Assembly (NCBI GenBank): GCA_003707115.1
Contig: PPNB01000002.1
Span: 62,001 to 126,000 of the forward strand
From: Tortispora ganteri
Taxonomy: Eukaryota
Reading direction: 5' to 3'
DNA: 64,000 bases
Part shown: in pieces, positions 19,240 through 30,922 of the stretch
Numbering within the stretch: the first letter of the stretch is position 1
Layout of the letters: the number at the start of each line of letters is the position of its first letter
Notes under the pieces: generated by a model
Database searches by the model: none
What the model saw: only the letters and a program-made list of their open reading frames with translations
What the model was told of the DNA's origin: nothing
Translations under genes and position numbers: made by a program

Positions 19240-20904
19240 TTACCGGAAGGTTGCATAGGTCCAAACGCGTTTTAATAAACTCTTAGAGTAATAGTTTTCA
19301 ATTTCAGATATGCTTTCATCATCAAGATGAGGATAGTACCGACCAGTCTTTATATCAACTTCCTCCAAGGGAATCAAAAGCTTGTAATCTTTGTGATAGA
19401 TCTTGTATCCAATGTATGAAACAATAAAAACTAAAATACCCAAGAAGTTTGAGAAAAACAGTGACGCGCTTGCTTTACCTTCAACTGGATGAATAGTATT
19501 CAGCAACTGGCAGATAATCAGTAATAAAACACAAGCCATGCCGATGTAGTTAACGGGAGCAAACCATTTGTGCCAGAATCCATAAGGTTCAGTGAAAGCC
19601 GTATCATTTTGAGCTTTGATAACTTGTCTGAGACGAGCATTGGCAATAAAAACCATGAACCAGATAAGAATGATTGTTAATCCAATCACACGTGATAGCC
19701 AGTCAAAGACAAATTTAGTGCTTCCAATAGTGGTGATGAACGCCAAAACCATGCAGGGAATAGCAGTTGTAATAAGAGCAGTTATAGGGCGACCTTTCTT
19801 GTCAACTTTATCAAAGTACTTCCAGCTCATATTCTTTGAAGCCAAGAAAGAAAGAATACGAGCACCAGAAAAAGCATAACAATTACCAACTGATGCAACA
19901 CAAATCAGAATAATTGCATTGACAATATTAGCCAATACTGGAACACCAGCTTGTTTGCAAACGATGACAAAAGGAGATGATTCAGCTTCATTTTCAGCAT
20001 GTAACGCAGAATTAGATGGAGATAAAGAGCAAGTAAGGACAACAATTACGCAGACGTAAATGAAGATCATACGGGTAACGGTTGACTTTACAGCCCTAGG
20101 AACATTAAAGCGAGGATTAACAGTTTCAGCACCGGCCATTCCAATGATTTCTGTACCACCTGAAGCGAAAGCACCAAGAACAAAGACGGAAATAAGACCC
20201 CAGAAACCGTTTGTAAGTAAATTGCCACTGTCGAATGACGTAAGATCTTCTTGCGGCGTAGGAGTGCCACCAGCTAAATAGGTAATAGCGAAGATGAAAA
20301 ATCCAATGAGAGTTGCAAGTTTAAGTATTGCAGTTGCGGTTTCAGCTTTACCAAAAAAGGATACCGGAAACAAATGTAAAGAGAGCGTGGCCAATATAAA
20401 AATTGCCATACAAGCTGGCTTAGGTATAGCGAGAGTCCAATACTCAATTAGGAGACAGAAAGTAGTACCCTCAATAGCAAATACTAATATGCACACCACC
20501 CAGAGTTGATAACCAAATGCAAACGTGATAGCTGGGTCGATAAACTTAGCGGGGTAAGCGATATAGCTTCCATGAATTGGAAACATAATAGTGAGTTCGG
20601 AGAGAGACATTAACATAGAGGCGACAATGAAGTTAACAAAGATGAAGCCAAGAATGATGGCCAAAGAGCCACCTTCAGTAAGTTGTGTACTAGTACCAAT
20701 AAACAGACCAGTACCCACATTAGCGCCCATAGATAGAAATTGAAGATGTCTAGCGGTAAGCGTTCTTTTGAATTGGCCCTTCTGCGCAGATTGAATAGAC
20801 TCATCGTCTTGAGAATCATGAATAGATGATACAACTTTCTTAGTTTCGAGGCCTCCAAGGTTAAATGAGGAAGAGCTCGAAGAGCTTTTTTGCAATTTCT
20901 CCAT
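19240..20904 (-). CDS. Amino-acid permease (APC superfamily, yeast YAT family)
   Basis: KRTLTARHLQFLSMGANVGTGLFIG, GTEIIGMAGAETVNPR, SPFVI, VDKKGRP and DIKTGR motifs; about 12 TM helices. Confidence 0.95.
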   Translation of the reverse strand: MEKLQKSSSSSSSFNLGGLETKKVVSSIHDSQDDESIQSAQKGQFKRTLTARHLQFLSMGANVGTGLFIGTSTQLTEGGSLAIILGFIFVNFIVASMLMSLSELTIMFPIHGSYIAYPAKFIDPAITFAFGYQLWVVCILVFAIEGTTFCLLIEYWTLAIPKPACMAIFILATLSLHLFPVSFFGKAETATAILKLATLIGFFIFAITYLAGGTPTPQEDLTSFDSGNLLTNGFWGLISVFVLGAFASGGTEIIGMAGAETVNPRFNVPRAVKSTVTRMIFIYVCVIVVLTCSLSPSNSALHAENEAESSPFVIVCKQAGVPVLANIVNAIILICVASVGNCYAFSGARILSFLASKNMSWKYFDKVDKKGRPITALITTAIPCMVLAFITTIGSTKFVFDWLSRVIGLTIILIWFMVFIANARLRQVIKAQNDTAFTEPYGFWHKWFAPVNYIGMACVLLLIICQLLNTIHPVEGKASASLFFSNFLGILVFIVSYIGYKIYHKDYKLLIPLEEVDIKTGRYYPHLDDESISEIENYYSKSLLKRVWTYATFR

Positions 20905-23571
20905 TGTAAAATTCAGTGCTCAGTAGTGACTATCTTGACTTAGCGTTGAGAGTAGTTCAAGTATTATCGTTATAATAGGATCTTCACGGTATAAAAGGTT
21001 AACCGTGAATGTATTGAATTGTAGGAACCGTAAGATAGAAGTAAGTGCAAGCGACACAGCGGAGACGTTAAATGTTATATTTAAAATATCCCTCGTATCC
21101 CGTGCGTATGTAGAATACGGAAACAGAAAGACCCTTATAGGCAAGTAAGTGATAATCTTCCTTTAGTGGCAGGGTTTGGAAAAAGGCTCCTGACCTAGAT
21201 TAACTAAAAAAAGTGGGGAAGAAGTAAACGGCTAAGAGCTTTCTAGAAAGAACAGCGAAGTGTACGTTTTCCAGCTAAATATCCGGTAATGAAATAGCTA
21301 TAGTGTGACCATATCTGAGCGTTCGACTTTATATACATTTTGAGACGATGAGTAGCACTATTAGGCTGAATATTTTTAGCTGATATTTTAGTGTGTAAGG
21401 TAAGGGGTAAAATGCTACGCTATTAAAGTTTATAATTTACGGGTGCGGCTTGTCCAAAAATGGCATACAGCAACCAATAGTATAAACGGATTCCAGGGTA
21501 AAAAACCCCCAACGTTAGTAGTTTAATTATACTTTGGTAGTAATACCACCAAGACCTATGCAATTGGTAAGAATTCAATGAAAATAAAAAAGATAACGAG
21601 GCTCCTCTGATATCAAAGTTTGCATAAGCCACTATGTGGGGTAATTTAGCACTGGAAGTGTAATAGAGATGAATAGGAGCAAATAAAAAACGTCAGCGGT
21701 TAGTTTTCGATAGAGCGCTAGAGATTGTGGTACTAATTGCTGCATTGCGGATTGAATTGTAGGATCATGCGATATAAGTGACTGCTATAAAAATTGACTT
21801 ACATTGTTTAAGCTATTAATTCACAGATATTGGTTAATACAGCGCGGTGATCCACCGGATCCTAAAAACTCGCGTGGTTTATGGAATAAAAAAAACACTG
21901 TTTCTCGCCCATTATGGAATGTGATCATCGGTTAACGGCGCTAAGTTTAAGTCGAAACCAAAACAATACCAATGTTAATGACCATGCTTATCCAAATTTC
22001 ATATGTGCCTTTTGATTATTTATTGCAATAACTGGTAGCTGCACTCTTCCTAGGACGCTATTGTAGTTGCAATTCCTTATTGCAATAAAAATTAGATATT
22101 TGATAGACAGCAACGAGATAAACTCTAAATTGCTATAAGGTTAAGCTCCATATACAGGTGCACTTATAATTGGAGTGTAAATAACTCAAAAAGCGGGCTT
22201 ACTTTCACAACTTATGCCAGCGGGCAGCATACTTTAGAGCGATTCTTCTATTTTAACTAAAAGCGGCATCATCGTCCTCCGTAGCCAATTAGGAATCGCA
22301 CTAAAAGGCCAAACCTCCATGCAGTTATTAAACTGCATATCAGTTATATGAAATGAACTACAGACCTCCTGGCTATGCCGATCGCTCGAACATCTGCTGA
22401 AATATAACGGCTTGACTCCACAGCCACGTAGCGCTGTCAATCAAACTCTTATTTTTATTTCTTTTCACCAAATTGAATCAAGCTTCCGAATGTAGTAATG
22501 TCATGCCCAAATTGGGTAACAGTCACATTACCAAATACTCAATTGGAGGAGGCCTTTCTTTTGAGCCGTTCTCTGACAATTATGATTTGTCTTAGTCAAA
22601 CTTAACAACTGCCCTGAAAATCATTCTCGGCCTTCTAGTTTGCTTGAATATACAGGTATAAGCGATTCTGAATCGCTTTTAGTCTTTTGGCTCATTTTCT
22701 GATCGCGTGCGCTGCCAAAATTGGACCTTAACATTACCGGGATGATTCTGCTGATCAAAATGACAAATTCTCTGACCCCACCTAGACAACGATATAACTG
22801 TATCTAGAATATAGATACAATTTTTATATCTTTTTATTTTTCTTTCTTGGATGCTAAACTGATAAAATTTATCTGCTCTAAGAGAATAACTCCTACACAT
22901 TAATGTCCTGCCCACAATATAATAATTATGATGTCATGCTTCTTGGAAATGCTATTAGATCCAGTTTATCAACCGGATTCAACATCCGCAACCTTCCCCT
23001 TTTTCACCATATTACAGCACATACTAATTATTGGTTCGTCTCCGTTATCTTGTGCTAGATAGCTCGTTTAGCAGAACAATTACCCGTTGAGGGTTGCTTA
23101 CTATACTTTTTATAAGCAACTAAAAAGGAGAATCGTTAAGACTTAACTCTATTCTCCGCAAAGTCTAATCTATCATAGAGGACATACTGTCTTAGAAGAG
23201 CTACGTAGGCGCGAACATATCGATATCAACAGAAAGACGTTCTGCAACTGAACAAAATTCCTGAAATCTCTTTCTCTTTCGTATTTCCTCACAAAAGGCA
23301 AATACCAAGCGTCAATCGACATGTCAAGCAACTCCTTTTCTAATCATGTCGTTTGTTATCCGGCAGAATGATACACTAATGAAGATAGCAGAAACTTCAA
23401 TATGCGCCAAGAGTACAACTCTTTATCAGCCTTTCATCTAAAAGAATACCTACAATCCTCAAACTAAAAGCCAAAAACTGGAAGCTGCATAATGAATCAT
23501 TTACATAGCATTGATAAGTGCGACCTATCAAAAGTCGTGATAGCAGATAGCCACACGTTTGATCGACAAAC

Positions 23572-25374
23572 CTATTTCGATTTCTTATCTTCAATAGATT
23601 CAGTTTCTGCTGTGCGTTGCTCATTCACTTTTTCCGAACCATTGTCTTCGTCGCCTCCTTGTCCATATTCATTCACTCTAGTGTAGTCCACACGGTATAA
23701 GAATGTTTGAATGATGTAAATGATAAAGATCACATCATCTCTAAGTGTAGCTAGGCGGTGTAAGAGCGGCATTTTGATGACAAATGCAAACAAATCATCA
23801 ATAAAAGTGTTTAAAAACTTGTAAATCATGGCACGCCTAGGCATATGTGCAACTGATTTCAGCCGGTAATTGATGTAAATAGACGGAACAAGAGTCAGAA
23901 ATCCGTACGCATACACTGAGCCCACAAGGGTAGCAATTATGAATGAGTACCATGATTTGTGAGTATCATACATCAATGAATAGCCCGCATATGCCATAAT
24001 GAGAGGAATACCAATCATATACAGATACTTGAAGGCGATGCGATCGTATTCCTGAGTTTTCTTTTCCGTTTCACTCAACTCGTGTTTATCTTGGAGACGT
24101 ATCCTGACAGGAATAAGACCAGACCTGGCTTCAATTTTCACATCAGCGACCTTAGTGATTTTCCAGGCTTCCACGAGAATACCAGAGCCTTGTCCAAATA
24201 AGATCATCCAAGATGTATCTTCATTATTATCCATGAGATACAGAAAAATTATAGACTGCATCACCACATTGGCTATGATGGAACGCACCGATATACCAAC
24301 ATTGTCTTTTTTATTTCTAAAGTGTGATATATCATTTTTGAAAGCAAGGAATTCAAACAATGTATGTAACAATGAAACGCAGACAGTAATGCCTAGCAGC
24401 CAAACATTGGTTTCCAGAAGAACGCGTTTAAATTCTTCTAGTTCTGATACGGTACCACCCGAAGTCAAAGCTTGCTGTTTAAAGCTTGTCGAAGCTGTAC
24501 TGGTTAAGAAAAATTTCCACTGTGCAATGTCAGAAAACTGGAAATGAAGCGGCACCGATGTAATCGAATTGTTCAACTCTATCATCTGCGATTTTAACTG
24601 CCAAAAATCGTTATAAAAAACAATTGGAAAGTATGATTTTGCCTGTTTCTCATGGTACGTAGCGATCTTTAAATAATCCCGAAGAACAGGAGGTGATTTG
24701 CTCAACTCAAAGTCTCCTGAATTACGCACCATCTGAAACGTGACGTTAGGGTGCCAATAAGACACAATCTCTTTCTCATAAACTGAGTCGTCATCCTGCT
24801 CTTCTTCAAGTTCTTCATGGTCATGAGTAGAACCTAAAAGATACTTCTCTTTGGTTTGCTTACGCTTAGGGAAGAAATGGTTCAACTGGAATGTGTATCT
24901 TGTAGCAGCAAGAGGATCGAACACAGCCCCTTGTTGATCAAACTCAGCTCCTTCACGCGAAAGCAGTAGATGCGCAAATATCGATCCATTATTCGACATT
25001 GTGGAAGTAAGCAATAATTCTGTGTCAATAGTATCGCTAAATTTTTCTCCATATACAACATCGGTAACGTATATGGGTTCTTCCTCCTTGTATAACCGCG
25101 GACTGTCATTAATGTAAAGTGCAGCGTGCAATAAAGACCCTTCAGGCCATACAGGCGTCAACAATCCAGGAAGAGTACCAGCAGTTGAATCCTTTGGTTT
25201 GACACCAGTATCTGCAGCCTGTCCAGTCTTCGGTTTAGGCTTCAACGAAGGCAAGACGTTCGACAGGACTGTTTGAATCACTATTACGATCAATATAGAT
25301 CTTAACATTGTCCAGATTGGAGAAGAGCGATTCTCTTGCTGGCCATTTTGAGTAGCTGCACCAGGCTCTGGCAT
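23572..25374 (-). CDS. CLPTM1-family membrane protein (putative lipid scramblase)
   Basis: FEFLAFKNDI, YKFLNTFIDDLFAFVIKMP, HRLATLRDD and YRVDYTRVNEYG signatures. First ATG at 25374 (MPEPG); the track start is TTG. Confidence 0.93.
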   Translation of the reverse strand: MPEPGAATQNGQQENRSSPIWTMLRSILIVIVIQTVLSNVLPSLKPKPKTGQAADTGVKPKDSTAGTLPGLLTPVWPEGSLLHAALYINDSPRLYKEEEPIYVTDVVYGEKFSDTIDTELLLTSTMSNNGSIFAHLLLSREGAEFDQQGAVFDPLAATRYTFQLNHFFPKRKQTKEKYLLGSTHDHEELEEEQDDDSVYEKEIVSYWHPNVTFQMVRNSGDFELSKSPPVLRDYLKIATYHEKQAKSYFPIVFYNDFWQLKSQMIELNNSITSVPLHFQFSDIAQWKFFLTSTASTSFKQQALTSGGTVSELEEFKRVLLETNVWLLGITVCVSLLHTLFEFLAFKNDISHFRNKKDNVGISVRSIIANVVMQSIIFLYLMDNNEDTSWMILFGQGSGILVEAWKITKVADVKIEARSGLIPVRIRLQDKHELSETEKKTQEYDRIAFKYLYMIGIPLIMAYAGYSLMYDTHKSWYSFIIATLVGSVYAYGFLTLVPSIYINYRLKSVAHMPRRAMIYKFLNTFIDDLFAFVIKMPLLHRLATLRDDVIFIIYIIQTFLYRVDYTRVNEYGQGGDEDNGSEKVNEQRTAETESIEDKKSK

Positions 25375-25585
25375 ACTTGTGTATACTGATGGTTCTCGAA
25401 GGCAGAGTTGACAGTCGCCATTCCTGGGAGAGTTAAAGGCACATAGGCTAGCCAATTCTCAGTCATATTTAGTATCTTTTGCAATATTTCATTGTATAGC
25501 AAAAAAATATTGCGTATACATTTATAATATAAAGAAATCACTAACTTGGATAGATCTTAATGCGGTCCAAAAATTGATAAAAAAA

Positions 25586-25658
25586 CGATGCTGACAGGAT
25601 TCGAACCTGCAACCTTTGGAACCGAAATCCAACTCGCTAACCATTGCGACACAGCACC
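25586..25658 (-). tRNA. tRNA-Arg, anticodon UCG, intronless, 73 nt
   Basis: Reverse complement GGTGCTG TG TCGC AATGGTTA GCGA G TTGGA TTTCGGT TCCAA AGGTT GCAGG TTCGAAT CCTGT CAGCATC G folds into a full cloverleaf. Anticodon loop is TT-TCG-GT; a T-run Pol III terminator follows. Confidence 0.95.
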
Positions 25659-26066
25659 TAACAATACTATATGAGTCTGTCTGATTATTAATAAGGCCAT
25701 TCTCCATTGATAAATATCTGATTATTTGATAATAGATTATCTATACCTTAGTTATAATCTTTTCAAGATGTCAAAAATATCTGATTAGCCATATAATAGC
25801 ATGAAGACAGAGCTTGACATCTTTTTTGATGTAGTATGAATTCTGAAAGCCATAATAGACTACAGTATTGTGATCGCATGCTTCTTTCATATATGTTGCA
25901 ATTTCATCGCATAGAACTTCATTTCAAATTCCTAATACTTACCAAGCTGGCCGTTAAATAGTGTAGTTTCTCATATATTAAGAAATAAAGCGAGTTTATC
26001 GACCGTCCTGTCGATCAGACCAAGAAGTCTGGGAGAGCAAACTCTAAGGTGACATTGACCACCACT

Positions 26067-26909
26067 ATGTTCAATAAACAGCTAAAGGCTGCGGGTATTG
26101 AAGATGCACGGTTGAATACACTTGAGATAGATGCTCACAGGACGGAAAATATGTTTCAGGAGCTATTGAACGTTCAAGGAAAGGCACTGGTAGGGGAGAT
26201 CAATGGAGTTGGAGAATGCAGGCGTGATATCGCAGAAGGGATGATGCAACTAGCAAGCATAAGAAATGCTCAATTGAAAATATTAGAAGAAGAAAGTACT
26301 ATAAGGAATAAGCGTATTGAATCTTTAAAATCAGAATATAAAACTAAACAGGATCTTGAAGATAAATTGTTGGAGCTCAAAAACGAATCGATCTATGCCT
26401 TGAATGTCGACAAGGTGACTAAGGAGTTGAACGATATTGACGAAGAGATCAAAGAGGTCGTTAAGACGTTAAATATGTTAAAGAAACGACGACTAGAAAT
26501 ATTTAATCGGTTACAAGAATGTGAATCTGTTCTGGGCTCAAAAGAGTCAAAATTAGAGGAAAAATTAAAAGGATACGAATCCGTTAGCATTGATACTTTA
26601 AACATGAAACGCGCAGAAAGCGCAATTATAGAAGATTTGATCTCTAAAGCTGCTACAGAAATCTCATCGTTAAATGAAGGAATCACTATTTGGAATCATG
26701 TGATTGAAACTGTGGAAAAGGTCGAAAATTTCATAAAGAATGATGGGTCTACGGACTCAATAACAGAAATGATCCGAGAAGGAATTAGTCAAATGAATGA
26801 ATATAAGTCCATTGCAGAAAGCAAGAACTGGGGTTTCTTGAAAATAGCTATAGAGCAAGAGGTTGTTATCTTTGAACAGGCATTATCTGTAATCATGAGC
26901 GGTTTATAA
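26067..26909 (+). CDS. Coiled-coil protein resembling autophagy protein Atg28
   Basis: N-terminal FQELLNVQGKAL...CRRDIAEGMMQL, long coiled coil, and C-terminal AESKNWGFLKIAIEQE resemble the Atg28 family pattern (from memory). First ATG at 26067. Confidence 0.6.
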   Translation: MFNKQLKAAGIEDARLNTLEIDAHRTENMFQELLNVQGKALVGEINGVGECRRDIAEGMMQLASIRNAQLKILEEESTIRNKRIESLKSEYKTKQDLEDKLLELKNESIYALNVDKVTKELNDIDEEIKEVVKTLNMLKKRRLEIFNRLQECESVLGSKESKLEEKLKGYESVSIDTLNMKRAESAIIEDLISKAATEISSLNEGITIWNHVIETVEKVENFIKNDGSTDSITEMIREGISQMNEYKSIAESKNWGFLKIAIEQEVVIFEQALSVIMSGL

Positions 26910-26958
26910 ATGATTTTCCGATATGCAAAATCGATAGTCTATGCTAGCATGACCTTGT

Positions 26959-28365
26959 TCATGAATATCTATGTGCGCTTTTTTTGCGAAACGCTGCGCC
27001 GTATTTATAGAATATGAACGGTATAGGGACAAAAATTGTTGCCAAAGCTGCAATCAAAAAGGACGCCCACATGTAACCCAAGTTATTGTACATTTGAGCA
27101 CCAAAGAGCGGGAACACGCCTGCAAGGGTACACCTGCAGATAGTGTTCACTGCTAAACCAGATGCAGCCCAGCTCTTGCATGCCGCCACCGTATAAGTGA
27201 AAATGCCATTGAAGCTGAACAAAATACCAAGCAGTACCAGTCCAGATCCTATCATTGATACGATCCAGTGAACAGATTCTCTAACCGTGAATGTAAACAA
27301 ATAAAGTCCTATCACAGTGATTATTCCACCTGCCATTGGTAAAATTAGGACATCTTCCTCAACCATATCTTTGGTGCGGTGTCTATCTTCATACTGGAAG
27401 TATGCCAATCCAACACAAGTTCCGACTACTATTCCTAGAATTTGAGGAATAAAAGCCAGACCTAAAAGCTGCTTGCGAAAATTGTATACACCAGTGTATA
27501 CTATTGGTAATGATATAAAATATAAATAGACGATGGATAATAGCAGAGCAGCATATATGGAGAGTAATAATATCATGATATCCGTGGAGAGGATAATGAA
27601 CGGACGCTTAAGAGATACATTCATGGTTTGCAATACAGAGTTGGCTTGACGTTCTATAAGAGCATAGTAGCGGGAATCTCCTGTGGTTTTACGCAACTCT
27701 TGGGCCTTTTTGCGTAGAATATAATGCTCATATGTTTCATCGAGAAAGAAAACCACAAAGACATAATTGACTGCGGACCATATAATGCAGACATAAAAGA
27801 TCCATCTCCAACTGGATAATTCTGAGATAAAAAATCCTATAATAGGTCCTAATGCTGGGCCGAGAAAAGGGCCTGCAGCATACAAAATCATGGGGGTCTG
27901 TATGCTTGATCTGGGGAATATGTCGCTAATAGTGCCGCCAGCGACAGAGAAAACTGCGGAGCCACAAAAGCCCGCAAAATATCTAGGTATTAAAACTGCT
28001 TCTATTGTGGGTGCAAATGCGGTTGGAAATTGAAGGGAAATGTAAAGAAAGAGCGAGATTAAGTAAACAAGACGTCTGCCATAAAACTCGGAAATAGGAC
28101 CGAGCAATGAAGGGCCAGTAGCGAGACCAAGCAAATATGTAGTAATACCAAGTGTAGCAACTTCGTGAGAGACATTAAACTCGTTTGATATATCATCTAT
28201 AGCTGCAGAATATATGGAACTAAGAACTGTGAGATTTGTGGATATGACGATAATGACTATAGTTATGATCCACTTTCTAGTGTTCGACTTGTTGAGAGGT
28301 TGCTCTGAATGGTCTAGCTGGTCGCGAGTAACCAAAAACTCATCTAGCTCCTTTGAATCAGTCAT
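26959..28365 (-). CDS. MFS drug:H+ antiporter, DHA1 family
   Basis: GPISEFYGRRLVY, GGTISDIF, GPALGPIIG, WRWIF, ETY and PLFGAQMY motifs; about 12 TM helices. Confidence 0.95.
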   Translation of the reverse strand: MTDSKELDEFLVTRDQLDHSEQPLNKSNTRKWIITIVIIVISTNLTVLSSIYSAAIDDISNEFNVSHEVATLGITTYLLGLATGPSLLGPISEFYGRRLVYLISLFLYISLQFPTAFAPTIEAVLIPRYFAGFCGSAVFSVAGGTISDIFPRSSIQTPMILYAAGPFLGPALGPIIGFFISELSSWRWIFYVCIIWSAVNYVFVVFFLDETYEHYILRKKAQELRKTTGDSRYYALIERQANSVLQTMNVSLKRPFIILSTDIMILLLSIYAALLLSIVYLYFISLPIVYTGVYNFRKQLLGLAFIPQILGIVVGTCVGLAYFQYEDRHRTKDMVEEDVLILPMAGGIITVIGLYLFTFTVRESVHWIVSMIGSGLVLLGILFSFNGIFTYTVAACKSWAASGLAVNTICRCTLAGVFPLFGAQMYNNLGYMWASFLIAALATIFVPIPFIFYKYGAAFRKKSAHRYS

Positions 28366-28850
28366 TTTGGAGATTTTGTCTGCAAAACATTCAAAAACTC
28401 GTCCGTCGTGCCCACCTATGTAGGCTATTACAAGTAAGCAGGTCGGTTTTCAGGGCAAGGTGCCTGATTAGTCAGCAAACCAACTCTAACTCTGACTATT
28501 CACAGGACTGCATGAACTACGTGTATATGCTTTTGTACTTTTGTGTAGACAAATATAATGTTTTTGCAAACTAAAAACAAATGTCATCCCGCTGAACTTC
28601 CAATTATTTGACTTTTAATGATGTAAGGTTAGCTTTATGTCGTGAAGAAGGTGTAGGTTACAAGTATGCACTACACTATAAAAAGCCGCTTAATCATTTA
28701 CACTATATTTCAAGAGCTTTTAATATTTTTCAATTGATGTCAAATATTTCAGTTTAATTATTTTGAAACAACGAAAAATGCAGCTCATTTTCACTTGACA
28801 AATTTCCTTGGGGTGCAGAGATACGTATAGAGGTCGTTCGTTTTGTCGAT

Positions 28851-29057
28851 CTACCTGAAAGAGTTGTAAATCATAGAAAGTAACTCGAGAACTATACCGC
28901 CACATGCCAAGAATATGATAAAAATGATCCAGGCTGGTGAATAAGATATTTGCCTCTTGTCATTATGAGTAGATGATTTTGGTTTGCCCATTTTGGCTGC
29001 TTCTGACTTTGCATACTTCAAGTTAGCTTTTCTTTGTGTAGGTGTTTGGGGAGCCAT
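28851..29057 (-). CDS. YSY6: RAMP4/Ysy6 stress-associated ER protein
   Basis: MAPQTPTQRKANLKY...MGKP N-terminus and C-terminal TM with CGGIVLELL. Confidence 0.88.
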   Translation of the reverse strand: MAPQTPTQRKANLKYAKSEAAKMGKPKSSTHNDKRQISYSPAWIIFIIFLACGGIVLELLSMIYNSFR

Positions 29058-29332
29058 TTTTAACGCGCTGTTATATTTAAAAATCTAGCTAAAGCGTAAT
29101 TTTTACCTTCTGAATATATTATCTGTATCACTTTAATTGTGATAAACCCACGATGCTGATATCTGATTGCAAGTGGTGTTAAAGACAACTATTCAACTCG
29201 ACTGTTTCCCCCTAACAACTGAACCTGAACCCGCGTTGTGTTTCCTCCCGCTAAATACTACGTTCTTTTCTCTACTAAGATTTAAATATTATCGAACTAA
29301 TAAAATCTCCTGATTCGCTAAATATTTCACGA

Positions 29333-30373
29333 ATGACTGTCAAAGAGTCCACAAATGACTTTTTATGGACGTGTCAAGAAGAACCGCATCGTACTAGAAG
29401 GAAAGAAATAATAAAAGCTCATCCTGAAGTCACCAAACTATGTGGACCTGAGCCGAAAACGATATATGTCGTTGGTTCAGTGGTTCTACTCCAACTTTCA
29501 ATTGCTCTTTACTTCAAAAACTACAAACCGCTAAGCTGGCCCGTACTTATCACTGCGTATATAATTGGCGGAACGGCTAATCAAAATATATTTATGGCTA
29601 TTCACGAACTCTCGCACAATTTGGGCTTCAAGTCTCCTTTTGCAAATAGACTCGCTGCGGCTCTCGTCAATCTGCCAATAGGCTTGCCGTACGCTGCCTC
29701 CTTTAGGCCGTATCATCTGATGCATCATAAGCATCTTGGTCACGATCAGTACGATACAGATCTACCTACTAAATTAGAGGCTATAGTTCTTGACAGCGTT
29801 ATGGGCAAAGCCCTGTTCGCAACATTCCAGCTACTCTTCTACGCTATTAGGCCTATGTGCGTGGCATCTATACCGATTGGCTGGTGGCATCTTTTCAATC
29901 TAATTTATCAACTCACTGCTGATTATCTGATAGTCACGTACTTCGGATGGACTCCGCTCATCTACTTCCTTCTCTCGTCGTTCTTCGCCGGCTCGCTACA
30001 TCCTCTGGCAGGACATTTCATTGCCGAGCACTACGTCCTCAACCTTCCTGCTGTCAAAAAGTTACCTGAATCACTTAAAGACACTCCACCTCCTGATACT
30101 TACTCTTATTACGGCCCACTCAACATATTCGTATATAATGTTGGCTACCACAACGAACATCATGATTTCCCCTACATCCCCTGGACAAGACTACCGATGC
30201 TACGCAAAATTGCCCCGGAATTCTATGACCCGCTTCCATCATACAATTCATGGACAAAGGTTATCTGGGATTTTGTCTTTATAGACTCCAACTCTCTTTG
30301 GTGCCGTGTTCGCCGTGAACAGACAAAGAACGTACAAGTATCCTCGAATATTATTGACGGAAACCTGTCTTAA
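29333..30373 (+). CDS. DES1: Dihydroceramide (sphingolipid) delta-4 desaturase
   Basis: DFLWTCQEEPHRTRRKEIIKAHPEV N-terminus; His boxes HELSHN, HLMHH and HNEHHDFP. Confidence 0.95.
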   Translation: MTVKESTNDFLWTCQEEPHRTRRKEIIKAHPEVTKLCGPEPKTIYVVGSVVLLQLSIALYFKNYKPLSWPVLITAYIIGGTANQNIFMAIHELSHNLGFKSPFANRLAAALVNLPIGLPYAASFRPYHLMHHKHLGHDQYDTDLPTKLEAIVLDSVMGKALFATFQLLFYAIRPMCVASIPIGWWHLFNLIYQLTADYLIVTYFGWTPLIYFLLSSFFAGSLHPLAGHFIAEHYVLNLPAVKKLPESLKDTPPPDTYSYYGPLNIFVYNVGYHNEHHDFPYIPWTRLPMLRKIAPEFYDPLPSYNSWTKVIWDFVFIDSNSLWCRVRREQTKNVQVSSNIIDGNLS

Positions 30374-30464
30374 CGTGTGGTGGAGGGTCTATATATATAT
30401 CTTTACATTCGTATCTATATACATGCATAACTAAAATAAACCAGGCCCAGTTTTTCATGGGCTT

Positions 30465-30846
30465 TTATGCCACATCTGACTGTTCGGTCCTTTTTCGAAC
30501 TTTTCGATCTGCATATGCAAGCTTGTCATTAGATTTCAGCATCTCTTCTCGACCAACGCGTCGCTCTTCGCGTAGTAACTCTTGCTCGGCTAAAACAATA
30601 GTGCCAGTTATAAATGCTACTGAGAATAAAAACACTTTGCCGGGGACTGTAATGTTTTTGAATGGCGGCCAGAAGAGGTGCATGCCACCAAGCCCGATCA
30701 CACCCACCGATGTACCATAGAACGCGCCTTTTGCACCTTCCCTCATCACCTGTTTGTCAGAATACAATACTTCCAAAATTTTAACACTCACTTACATTCC
30801 TCATCACTTCATCCTGTCTATAAAAGTGCGCCGGTTGTGATTTCAT
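30465..30846 (-). CDS. Small mitochondrial membrane protein, Rcf3/YBR255C-A-like; two exons (30796-30846, 30465-30749), 111 aa
   Basis: Splicing a 46-nt intron (30750-30795; GTAAGT...TTCTGAC-AAA-CAG) gives MKSQPAHFYRQDEVMRN-VMREGAKGAFYG...WPPFKNITVPGKVFL...AEQELL with two TM segments. Confidence 0.75.
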
Positions 30847-30922
30847 GATGGTGTTCGGGTTCAAAAGTAAAGTGAGACCTTTCACTGTTCCCACCTTTAC
30901 TATCACCTCACTCTCGACACCA

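Noticed and set aside
25679..25790. Three TCTGATTA copies beside the tRNA and scattered CTGATT words in other spacers
   Set aside because: Rough expectation for this AT-rich hexamer is close to the number seen; no convincing enrichment.
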